Positions 8,656 to 17,098 of a DNA stretch of 36,221 bases are shown in pieces. Source of the stretch: Acidimicrobiales bacterium (GTDB lineage: Bacteria > Actinomycetota > Acidimicrobiia > Acidimicrobiales > SZUA-35); contig JAHDFR010000004.1 in the NCBI GenBank assembly GCA_020628065.1, positions 10,179 through 46,399 on the forward strand, written 5' to 3'. Position numbers and translations under genes: made by a program. The notes beneath the pieces were generated by a model that was given only the letters and a program-made list of their open reading frames with translations, searched no databases and was not told where the DNA came from. Every line of letters begins with the position of its first letter. Positions within the stretch are counted from its first letter, which is position 1.

Positions 8656-10380
8656 CTAGCCGACCAAGCTTCGGGTAACCGCCTCCTCCAACTGGGCGAG
8701 GCGGTTTTTTGCTTTTTCCTTCTCTTCTGCCAGATCGGTGAACGCTCGGTCGCCCGAGGTGACCTCCAGGTAGATCTTGACCTTGGGCTCCGTTCCGCTG
8801 GGCCGAACGATTACGCGGCTGGCATCGGCCAGATCCACGATCACGCCGGCAGTAGGCGGGAAGCGGCGACCCTGTTCAAGAAACTCCACTGACACAACCG
8901 CCACGCCGGCCAACTCTTCAGGGCTGAACACCGCCACCCGTTCGGCGAGACTCTGCTGTTCGTCAACACCGAGATGACCGAATCCGATCGAGACCTGACT
9001 GGTGGCATAGAGCCCGAGTTGACCGCTCAGTTCGTCCAGGCGATCAACCAATGTCAGGCCTTGCCTGCGGCACTCAGCTGCAATCTCGGCCATCACGAGC
9101 GCAGCCGTAATGCCGTCTTTGTCCCGCACTGCCGGGTTGACGCAGTAGCCCAACGCTTCCTCGTAACCCATGACGTAGTCGGCGTCGGGGCGATCCACGA
9201 TCGGGCGGGCCACCCACTTGAACCCGGTGAGGGTCCGAATGCTCTCCGCTCCATGATGGCGAGCCAGCAGATCGATGAATCGAGACGACACTATCGATGA
9301 GGCCACGACCCCGGGACGACCGTTGGTCTCGCCGTGGCGGCGCAGCAGATGATCAGCCAGCAGCACACCGACCTCATCGCCGGTCAGTCTCCGCCAGCCG
9401 TCCGCTACCGGCACGGCCACCGCCAGCCGATCGGCATCAGGATCGTTGGCCAGAATCACTTCCGGTTGTGCCGCCGCCTCATCGGCGGTCTGAAACGCCA
9501 GATCGAGAGCACCGGGCTCCTCCGGATTGGGGAACGGGGTCGTGGGGAATTCCGGATCAGGGTCAAACTGCTGGGCCACGACAGCTGGAGTCGGAAAGCC
9601 GGCTTCAACCATGGCATCCACGACGGCCCGGCCACCGACGCCGTGCATAGCCGAGTAAAGCGTTGAGACCTGGCGACTTCCCTCGCCCAAGGTCGCTACC
9701 GCCATCAGCCGATGGGCGACCGTAGCCTCGGCAGCTGAATGCGCTTCAATGACGCCACCCGGTTGACCTCGGCCGACACAGTCAACAACCGACCGATCAC
9801 GTTCGGCGTCCCCGGCGGCCATATGCAGTTCGGCGATTTCGTCGATGGCCGCCGCTATCTGGCGATCAGCCGGTGGCACCAACTGGATGCCGTCGTCGAG
9901 ATACAACTTGTAACCGTTGTCGGCCGGTGGATTGTGACTGGCGGTGATAACAATGGCGGCATCGGCGGCCAGGCGTAACGTCTCATAGGCCACAATTGGA
10001 GTGGCCGTCGGCTCGTCAAAGAGCAGAGCGATGCCCCCGCTATCGGCTACCTCTCGGGCGACATCGGCGGCGAACACCTTCGAATTGTGGCGGGCGTCAA
10101 AGCCGACCAGCACGGTGGGCCGCGGAGTGTCGCAACGTTCACGCAGCCAGCTGAGCAGCCCGGCTGTGGCCTGGCGGACGACAACCCGATTCATTCGGTT
10201 GGGCCCAGGCCCCATGACCGCTCTCAGGCCGGCCGTTCCAAAGCCGATCCTTCCGGCGAACAACCTCTCGGCTTCTGCGGGGTCGGCTTGATACAGCGAG
10301 ATCAACGCCTTGACGGTTTCGGGGTCGGGGTCTCGCTCGATCCATCGTTCAAGCGACGGGGGTAGATGTGTGGTGTTCAT
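8656..10380 (-). CDS. Phosphohexomutase (phosphomannomutase/phosphoglucomutase family)
   Basis: FGTAGLR, phosphoserine loop ITASHNP, metal loop DPDADR, GYEEALG, RPSGTEPKVKIY. Confidence 0.93.
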   Translation of the reverse strand: MNTTHLPPSLERWIERDPDPETVKALISLYQADPAEAERLFAGRIGFGTAGLRAVMGPGPNRMNRVVVRQATAGLLSWLRERCDTPRPTVLVGFDARHNSKVFAADVAREVADSGGIALLFDEPTATPIVAYETLRLAADAAIVITASHNPPADNGYKLYLDDGIQLVPPADRQIAAAIDEIAELHMAAGDAERDRSVVDCVGRGQPGGVIEAHSAAEATVAHRLMAVATLGEGSRQVSTLYSAMHGVGGRAVVDAMVEAGFPTPAVVAQQFDPDPEFPTTPFPNPEEPGALDLAFQTADEAAAQPEVILANDPDADRLAVAVPVADGWRRLTGDEVGVLLADHLLRRHGETNGRPGVVASSIVSSRFIDLLARHHGAESIRTLTGFKWVARPIVDRPDADYVMGYEEALGYCVNPAVRDKDGITAALVMAEIAAECRRQGLTLVDRLDELSGQLGLYATSQVSIGFGHLGVDEQQSLAERVAVFSPEELAGVAVVSVEFLEQGRRFPPTAGVIVDLADASRVIVRPSGTEPKVKIYLEVTSGDRAFTDLAEEKEKAKNRLAQLEEAVTRSLVG

Positions 10381-10486
10381 CGGTGATCGTCACTCTAGTG
10401 CGACCAAACCCGAGCATTGTTCGTCGCAAGTCGCCGGCTGGAACTACGCCGGGCGCACCAAGAGGGCCAGCGCTATCATGCATCGA

Positions 10487-10513
10487 ATGATCTCAGCACA
10501 AGTCCATGCTTGA
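10487..10513 (+). other. Putative leaderless upstream micro-ORF (MISAQVHA)
   Basis: TATCAT (10474-10479), then 7 nt, then ATG. Its end overlaps the next start (ATGCTTGA). Confidence 0.4.
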
Positions 10514-11111
10514 CCACGTCTTCACCGACGCCATCGGCGCGCTGAGGGACTCATTGGAGTCGGCTCTGCTGGAACGACAGGCGGTCGAGGAACGGTTCCA
10601 AGCCGACATTCTTCTCGGCGACATCACCTGGGAGACCAGCTACAGCCTGCCCGGCGAGGGTTTACCCCCTCGGGTCAAGGTTGACTTGAGTCTTGAGTGG
10701 CCAACGTGGGCTCAGACCGCCTATCGGACCTGGTACCTCGATGAAGAATTCACCGACAGCCCGATCATCGACATCGAGGTAGTCTTTCTTATTCAGCGCC
10801 TTACGGCGGTACCTGAACCACATCTGGTGATGGCGGCCATGTCACCGTTTTCGCCCCAGATCGGCAACGACGAGCTGACGGGGCTGGGGCCAACACTGGA
10901 AACGGTCTACGACGCTGAGCTGCAGGTGGCTTCTCACGCCGTCGAGGTCACCTACTCCGGCCTCTACGAGTTGGACGAGAAGACCCTGGAGGATGGCTCG
11001 GCCCTGGATGAGCATTTTGCTCATATCGGAGGGTGGATAACGTCGACGCTGGTCAGGTTGGGAGACCTCCCGTTGACGTACCAACCGGCACAAGAAGGCG
11101 AAGAGCTGTAA
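10506..11111 (+). CDS. Hypothetical protein (acidic, 201 aa)
   Basis: Fills the gap between the phosphomutase and EAL genes; protein-like composition; no motif recognised. Confidence 0.75.
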   Translation: MLDHVFTDAIGALRDSLESALLERQAVEERFQADILLGDITWETSYSLPGEGLPPRVKVDLSLEWPTWAQTAYRTWYLDEEFTDSPIIDIEVVFLIQRLTAVPEPHLVMAAMSPFSPQIGNDELTGLGPTLETVYDAELQVASHAVEVTYSGLYELDEKTLEDGSALDEHFAHIGGWITSTLVRLGDLPLTYQPAQEGEEL

Positions 11112-11140
11112 CCTGGATACCGGTGAAAGCTTCTGATCGT

Positions 11141-12148
11141 ATGATCCAGCTTCCTGGTGCGGCTCCAATGTTGATTCTGCTGACGTCGGCGGATATCAAC
11201 GTCGTTCGGCTGCTCGACGAGCGGATAATCGCCGCCGCCGACACCGTTGACGTCCGGTCAGGCGTGGCGTGGATTGAAGTCTCCGACTGCCGGGATTACC
11301 TTCGACAATTAGTCGAACATATAGAAGACGGCGACAGTGTTCGTGTCGCCATGGCCGATCTCAATGCCGGTGCGGCCGAGTTGGTAAGTGAGTCAATGCT
11401 CAGCGTGACGTTGGCCGATGTGGCCATCAGCCTCGAGCAGGAGGACATGGCCAACTCCAAGATCGACTACGAGGTCCGCTACCAGCCGATCGTCCGTCTT
11501 GGCAGTCGGTCGATCGTAGGATACGAAGCGTTGATTCGAGCCCACCTCGGCGACGAGACGCTAACAGCTGAAGAGCTGATCAGCCGGGCGACGAAGGGCG
11601 GATGGCTGCCGGAACTCGATACCACCTGTCGTCGCCACGCCATTCAGGGCGTCGGCTCGTGGCTCGGTGCCGGACTGCTCTTCCTCAACATCATGGCTCC
11701 AGACGGGAGCTTCGATCTTGCCGCTGCCCGGGCCACCATTCGTCACGCCGAAGATATCGGTATCGAGCCCGATCAAATCGTATTTGAGGCAGCCGAACGT
11801 AATCGTTACGTAGACATCGACTTGGCCGCCGCTCAGCTGAACAAGCTGCGCAACGCCGGGGTTCGGATCGCCCTGGATGATGTGGGCGACGGGTACTCGA
11901 CTCTTCGGGTGGCCACCAGCTTCAAGCCCGATGTTCTGAAACTCAGCGGCGACCTGGTGGCGTCCCTCCCGAGCTCAGAGGCCACTGCCATCATCAAGGC
12001 CGTGGTCGGCTTAGCCCATCAAACCGGAGCCTGGGTGGTGGCCGAGGGCATCGAGAACGAGGCACAAGCGGCAACGCTGGCCCAACTCGACGTCGACTGG
12101 GGCCAAGGTCTGTTGTTCGGCGGACCGGCTGTGCTACCAGCCGACTAG
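11141..12148 (+). CDS. Stand-alone EAL-domain protein (putative c-di-GMP phosphodiesterase)
   Basis: YQPIV, GYEALIR, LFLN, IALDDVGDGYS, VVAEGIE, GQGLLF. Start uncertain (11123, 11141 or 11168). Confidence 0.85.
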   Translation: MIQLPGAAPMLILLTSADINVVRLLDERIIAAADTVDVRSGVAWIEVSDCRDYLRQLVEHIEDGDSVRVAMADLNAGAAELVSESMLSVTLADVAISLEQEDMANSKIDYEVRYQPIVRLGSRSIVGYEALIRAHLGDETLTAEELISRATKGGWLPELDTTCRRHAIQGVGSWLGAGLLFLNIMAPDGSFDLAAARATIRHAEDIGIEPDQIVFEAAERNRYVDIDLAAAQLNKLRNAGVRIALDDVGDGYSTLRVATSFKPDVLKLSGDLVASLPSSEATAIIKAVVGLAHQTGAWVVAEGIENEAQAATLAQLDVDWGQGLLFGGPAVLPAD

Positions 12149-12155
12149 GAGTCTT

Positions 12156-13217
12156 CTAGGCTCCGGCTTCGTCCAGAAAGTCCGACAGCGGACGTTCCGG
12201 CCGCGGGCCCATATGGGAGATGACTTCGGCGGCGGCGAATGACCCCAAGCGCCCGACAACCGGCAGCGGCAGATCCCGGCTCAAGCCGTAGAGAACACCG
12301 GCGGCATATTGATCGCCGGCACCGGTCGTATCAACGACAGGTGCGATCTCTTCTGCCTCAATCTCTACTGTCTCAGTGTCGGTGACCAACCATGAGCCCT
12401 TGGCCCCCAAGGTGACGCAGGTAAGCGCAACCTGCTGTCTGACCCTGGCTACAGCCTCGTCGAGGCCACATTCAAACAGCGACGTGAGTTCGTCTTCGTT
12501 GGCGAAGAGAACGTCAACGGGGCCCGATACCAGCTGGCGGAAGTCCTGATGGTGTCGCTCTACACAGAACGGATCGGAAAGCGTCAGCGCTACTTTGCGA
12601 CCAGCGTTCGCCGCTGAATCCATGGCTTTGCGAATAGCGGCTTTGGCCGAATCGGTGTCCCACAGATAGCCCTCACAAAAGAGAATCTGGCCGGAGGCGG
12701 CCATCTCAGGGTCAACGTCGGCAGGTTCGAGCAGTGTCGAAACCCCAAGATAGGTGTTGAGCGTTCTTTGAGCGTCCGGCGTTACGAGGATGAGGCACCT
12801 GGCCGTTGCCGGACCACCGCCCGCTTGGGGGACTCCGAGGGACACGCCCAGCGAGTTCATGTCACGGGCGAAAACATCACCTAGGTAGTCGTCACGAACC
12901 TTGCCGATGTATGCGGACGTTCCGCCAAAGGACGCGATGCCGGCCATGGTGTTTGCCGCTGACCCACCGGAGGCCTCAACCAACTCGACACCGTCACCGG
13001 CGTCGTCGATCATCTTCTGCATCATGCGATACAGATAGTCGGCCCGCTCCTCGTCGATAAGGTGCATCGCCCCTTTGCTGAGGCCCTCCGACGCTACGAC
13101 GTCATCAGGCACCGTGCCAATGACATCAACCATGGCGTTGCCAACCCCGACGACGTCTATCAGAGCGGGTTGAGGCCGCGGCTTGTCAGCTTGTGTTCCC
13201 TCGCCGAATTCACTCAT
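12156..13217 (-). CDS. PfkB-family kinase (adenosine kinase-like)
   Basis: GVGNAMVD, SGGSAANT, RTLNTYLG, EGYLWD, FANEDE, DTTGAGD. Start uncertain (13217 or 13253). Confidence 0.88.
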   Translation of the reverse strand: MSEFGEGTQADKPRPQPALIDVVGVGNAMVDVIGTVPDDVVASEGLSKGAMHLIDEERADYLYRMMQKMIDDAGDGVELVEASGGSAANTMAGIASFGGTSAYIGKVRDDYLGDVFARDMNSLGVSLGVPQAGGGPATARCLILVTPDAQRTLNTYLGVSTLLEPADVDPEMAASGQILFCEGYLWDTDSAKAAIRKAMDSAANAGRKVALTLSDPFCVERHHQDFRQLVSGPVDVLFANEDELTSLFECGLDEAVARVRQQVALTCVTLGAKGSWLVTDTETVEIEAEEIAPVVDTTGAGDQYAAGVLYGLSRDLPLPVVGRLGSFAAAEVISHMGPRPERPLSDFLDEAGA

Positions 13218-13329
13218 ACCGGATTCACCGTACAGTCTGGCCCGCCGGCTCACCTCATGGATGAGGTGGCTCGACGGGAGCCGTCGGGGGAATTACACCA
13301 CAGCCTTTGGTGCAATCCCCCGTTCCGAC

Positions 13330-16122
13330 TTAGCTACAGCCGCTGGTGTTACCGCAACCTGGACAGGCGTGGCAACTACCGGCTCGCTGCATGGTGATCC
13401 CGCACTGCATACAAATAGGGGCGTCCACATCGATCTTTCGATCGGTGGTCAACTGTTGGGCTTCAGCCTTGGCCATCATCTCGTCTACCGACTCGACGGT
13501 GGGAGGGTCGGCCGGAAACTCGCCCTGCTGGGATAGCGCCTCGTCAACGCCGGGCAGCGTTTGTTGGCTGCGCTCGTTGGTGGTGAAGATACCGAGCCCG
13601 GCCCGCTCTTCCTTGCCGAGGTACAGCACCGCCAGCTTGCGGAACAGATAGTCCATGATGGAGTTGGCGATGCGGATATCCGGATCATCGGTCATGCCGG
13701 CTGGCTCAAATCGCATGCCGGTGAAGGTCTCGACGTAGGTGCGGAGCGGCACCCCGTACTGAAGACCGTGGCTTAGCGAGATGGCCAGGGCATCCATGAT
13801 GCCGGCCAGGGTTGAACCCTGTTTCGACACTCTAAGGAAGATCTCGCCAGGACGACCGTCGTCGTACTCGCCGACGGTCACAAAGCCTTTGCAGTCGGCA
13901 ACTCGGAACTCAAAGGTCCGCGAGCGACGGTCCCGGGGAAGCTTCTCCCGTATCGGCTTGTAGATGATCTTTGGCTCTGCGGCCGCCAAGATGGCCTCAG
14001 CGCTTTCGGAGGCCGTTTCGGCGTCGTCCTCGGCGTCGTCCTTTTTGGCCATGGACAGTGGCTGAGCCACCTTGCAATTGTCACGGTAGATGGCGATCGC
14101 TTTGACGCCCATCTGCCAAGCGTCAATGTGAAGCTGCTCCACGTCCTCAACCGACACGTCTTCCGGCATGTTGACGGTCTTGGAGATGGCACCGGAGATG
14201 AACGGCTGAACCGCAGCCATCATCTTGACGTGGCCGAGGTAGTGGATCGGATTGTCTCCCATGGAGCAGGCGAAGACCGGCACATGCCCGTCCTTGAGAT
14301 CGGGAGCCCCGAGAATGGTCTTGTTCTCGTCGATGTAGTCGGCAATGGCCGTCACCTCGGCAGGTGAGTAGCCGAGCCGGCTCAGGGCCCGAGGCACTGA
14401 CTGGTTGACGATGCTCATGGTTCCGCCGCCCACCAACTTCTTCATCTTGCACAAGCCGAGGTCCGGCTCGATTCCGGTGGTGTCGCAGTCCATCAGAAGT
14501 CCGATGGTTCCGGTGGGGGCAAGAACAGTGGCCTGAGAGTTCCTCACACCAACCGATGCCCCGAGTTCACAAGCCCCTTCCCATGACTGACGGGCTTCGT
14601 CCAAAATGGCGGCGGGAGCCAACGAAGCATCAATGTCGTTACAGGCGTCCCGGTGCTGTCCAAGAACCCGCAGCACGTGATCACGGTTCTCGTCGTAGCC
14701 GGAATGAGCACCCATCCGAGCGGCGGTACGAGCGGAGGTGTGATAGGCGTGGCCGGTCATCAACGAAGTGATTGCGGCGGCCATGGCCCTACCGGCATCG
14801 GAGTCATAGGGCAGACCGAGGGTCATCAGCAGGGCACCGATGTTGGCGTAGCCAAGGCCGAGCTGGCGGAACTTGCGGGAGGTATCGCCGATGGAGGGGG
14901 TCGGGTAGTCGGCCCGCCCGACCAGGATCTCCTGAGCGGTGAAAAAGTGCTCAACGGCGTTTTTGAAACCGGCTACGTCAAATGTGTCGTCGTCGTCGAC
15001 GTACTTGAGAAGGTTGAGGCTGGCAAGGTTGCAGGCCGAGTTGTCGAGGTGCATGTATTCGCTGCACGGATTCGAGCCGTTGATCTTGCCGGTGCTGGCC
15101 GAGGTGTGCCAGCGATTGATGGTGGAGTCAAACTGCATACCGGGATCGGCGCACTCCCAGGACGCCTGAGCGAACTGGCGCATCAGGTCCCGGGCCTTTA
15201 CCGTCCGTATCACCCTGCCATCGGTGCGAGCCACCAGGTCCCAGTCGGCCCCGTCAATGACGGCCTGCATGAACTCGTCGGTGACTCGAATGGAGTTATT
15301 GGCGTTTTGGTACTGGATCGAGTGACTGTCGGCTCCGTCCAGATCCATGTCGAATCCGGCCTCGCGCAGCACCCGGGCTTTACGCTCTTCGGTGGCCTTG
15401 CACCAGATGAATTCCTCGACGTCCGGATGGTCGATGTCGAGCATGACCATTTTGGCCGCCCGACGGGTCTTACCGCCGGACTTGATGGTGCCGGCCGATG
15501 CGTCGGCGCCCCGCATGAAGCTGACCGGGCCCGAGGCGGTACCGCCACCGCGAAGCGGCTCGGCGCTTGACCGAATGCCGGAGAGATTGATTCCGGCTCC
15601 TGAACCGCCCTTGAAGATGACACCTTCTTCGACATACCAGTTCAAGATGGCGTCCATGGTGTCGTCCACGGCCAAAATGAAGCAGGCGGACGCCTGTTGA
15701 GGCACACCTTTGACTCCGATGTTGAACCACACCGGCGAGTTGAATGCGCCCATTTGATGGATGATCAGGTGCTTCAGCTCATCACGGAAGATCTCGGCCT
15801 CATCATCGGAGAAGTAGCCGTCCTCGGTTCCCCATGCGGTGATGGTGTCAACCACCCGGTCGGCTACCTGCTTGAGCGAGGTCTCGCGCTCAGCGGTGCC
15901 GAGCGTTCCCCGGAAGTACTTTTGGGCCAAGATGTTGGTGGCATTTACCGACCAGAAGTCCGGGACCTCGACGTCGGTCTGTTCGAAGGCGACCTCGCCG
16001 GTCTTCCAATTTGAGATCCGGGCGTCACGCTTGACCCAGTTGACCGTGTCATACGGGTCGACTCCCGCGGTGCTGTAGTACCGCTTCAGACCTATTCGTG
16101 TTTGTCCGGGTGCGAGAGTCAT
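13330..16122 (-). CDS. nrdJ: Adenosylcobalamin-dependent (class II) ribonucleotide reductase
   Basis: FNSPVWFN, SACFI, NPCSEY radical Cys, CNLASLN, APTGTI, SGAISKTVN, C-terminal TSCPD-like region and CxxC...CxxC. No N-terminal ATP cone and no intein. Confidence 0.96.
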   Translation of the reverse strand: MTLAPGQTRIGLKRYYSTAGVDPYDTVNWVKRDARISNWKTGEVAFEQTDVEVPDFWSVNATNILAQKYFRGTLGTAERETSLKQVADRVVDTITAWGTEDGYFSDDEAEIFRDELKHLIIHQMGAFNSPVWFNIGVKGVPQQASACFILAVDDTMDAILNWYVEEGVIFKGGSGAGINLSGIRSSAEPLRGGGTASGPVSFMRGADASAGTIKSGGKTRRAAKMVMLDIDHPDVEEFIWCKATEERKARVLREAGFDMDLDGADSHSIQYQNANNSIRVTDEFMQAVIDGADWDLVARTDGRVIRTVKARDLMRQFAQASWECADPGMQFDSTINRWHTSASTGKINGSNPCSEYMHLDNSACNLASLNLLKYVDDDDTFDVAGFKNAVEHFFTAQEILVGRADYPTPSIGDTSRKFRQLGLGYANIGALLMTLGLPYDSDAGRAMAAAITSLMTGHAYHTSARTAARMGAHSGYDENRDHVLRVLGQHRDACNDIDASLAPAAILDEARQSWEGACELGASVGVRNSQATVLAPTGTIGLLMDCDTTGIEPDLGLCKMKKLVGGGTMSIVNQSVPRALSRLGYSPAEVTAIADYIDENKTILGAPDLKDGHVPVFACSMGDNPIHYLGHVKMMAAVQPFISGAISKTVNMPEDVSVEDVEQLHIDAWQMGVKAIAIYRDNCKVAQPLSMAKKDDAEDDAETASESAEAILAAAEPKIIYKPIREKLPRDRRSRTFEFRVADCKGFVTVGEYDDGRPGEIFLRVSKQGSTLAGIMDALAISLSHGLQYGVPLRTYVETFTGMRFEPAGMTDDPDIRIANSIMDYLFRKLAVLYLGKEERAGLGIFTTNERSQQTLPGVDEALSQQGEFPADPPTVESVDEMMAKAEAQQLTTDRKIDVDAPICMQCGITMQRAGSCHACPGCGNTSGCS

Positions 16123-16580
16123 GGTGATTTCGATTCGCTTTCTTGCTTACGTAACTGAGGTTTGTAATTTTTGAGGTTCAGATCGACGGGTGCGACCGGG
16201 GAGAGTTGACAGCGACGCATCGGTTTGGTGGCCGGCCACCCGGCCGTTGTGCGGCTTGAACCCGGCTGCCCCGATGGGCTTCCGATCTCAACGTGTTCGG
16301 CCGCAACCGATGGGTTTTTGGTCTTGTCTTCCCTGGCTCGTCTTTCTAGTCGTGTCGAGTGACAGTTTGCGGCGGTGTTGCCTCGCTGTCCCTCCGTTGT
16401 CCGCGCACGCGCTTTCGGATTCCCCCGGCAGACACGCTTGTGGTTCGTGGCTCGCCGCTCGCTTACTGTTTTCAGCCGGGACTCCTAAGTCGGGCCCGTC
16501 TCCAGTCCAGCTTGCAAACTTCCTGCCACTAGATCTTGTGCTGACCGCCAGCTCAAAAAGAGCGACGCACAAGATGTTGG
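16123..16580 (-). other. Long (~460 nt) predicted 5' leader of nrdJ, candidate structured RNA
   Basis: Lies between the predicted TSS (~16580) and the nrdJ ATG; several long-range complementary segments seen by eye (see findings). Confidence 0.45.
16526..16541. promoter_or_regulatory. NrdR box (nrdJ-proximal)
   Basis: CCACTAGATCTTGTGC matches the NrdR consensus acaCwAtATaTwGtgt; 41 bp from the second box. Confidence 0.85.
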
Positions 16581-16582
16581 GT
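16567..16582. promoter_or_regulatory. NrdR box overlapping the predicted nrdJ transcription start
   Basis: GCACAAGATGTTGGGT matches the NrdR consensus; tandem spacing of ~4 helical turns. Confidence 0.85.
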
Positions 16583-16586
16583 AGAC

Positions 16587-16616
16587 ATTACATCACTGTA
16601 ATTACGACGATGTCAA
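16587..16616 (-). promoter_or_regulatory. Sigma-A-type promoter of nrdJ
   Basis: Minus strand TTGACA (16616-16611), 18-nt spacer ending in TGn, then TGTAAT (16592-16587). Confidence 0.7.
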
Positions 16617-16947
16617 CACGGATCTGAGGTTTTTCTTGTGTGCGCTCCTTCCAGGACCCCCTAACCGGGCGTTTGGAAAGAATCGTTGCCGTGAACACTG
16701 TGCACGCAACGGAGATCGGGCCTAGAGGACCACGGGTCAAGGTTTGTTTCCAGACGGCACGCGTGCCGCTCGACTGGTTTTGAACAGGTCCACTTCTCCT
16801 GCGACCCGCCCACCTTCGAAGGCATTGCCCAAACCCAGGGGCCCTGAATCGCCTCCAAGACCCTGCCATACCGATGTCTAAGCCCGACCTCCGTCACAAT
16901 TGCTCAGCCCCACGACGGGCATAACGGCCACCATAATCAATCCCGGC

Positions 16948-16996
16948 TGTGGATCGTAAGAGGACGAACCTGTGGATTACTGTGGATTACCCCACA
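16948..16996. promoter_or_regulatory. DnaA-box-like motifs including a tandem TGTGGATTAC repeat
   Basis: TGTGGATCG (16948) and TGTGGATTA (16971, 16981) versus consensus TGTGGATAA. Confidence 0.45.
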
Positions 16997-17098
16997 AATT
17001 TCTGTGAGGTTCGTGTGGGCGACGCCAGATTGACTACAAACACCGATCGCAGCCCAGGTGTCGGCTCACAAAACCCAGCGCCTTCATAAACTGTTGGG

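Noticed and set aside
14653-15570. Long antisense ORFs (also 6066-6719, 31615-32463, 33887-34624)
   Set aside because: Shadow frames opposite well-supported genes, expected from high-GC codon bias.
13330-16122. Intein or intron within nrdJ
   Set aside because: Continuous 930-aa frame of normal length with no intein terminal or homing endonuclease motifs.
16315-16435. Group I intron-like words in the nrdJ leader (GGGAA-UCC...GGA-CAA, ACGACUA, AAGACAAGACC)
   Set aside because: No P7 pairing (GACUA has no UAGUC partner), P4 cannot be formed properly, and no splice sites are evident.
16190-16627. ORFs 16190-16627 (+) and 16288-16572 (-) in the nrdJ upstream region
   Set aside because: No recognisable motif or RBS, atypical composition, and overlap with the NrdR boxes and promoter; treated as non-coding.
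16630-17098. Replication origin oriC
   Set aside because: No dnaA or dnaN nearby, only a few imperfect boxes, and no clear AT-rich unwinding element.
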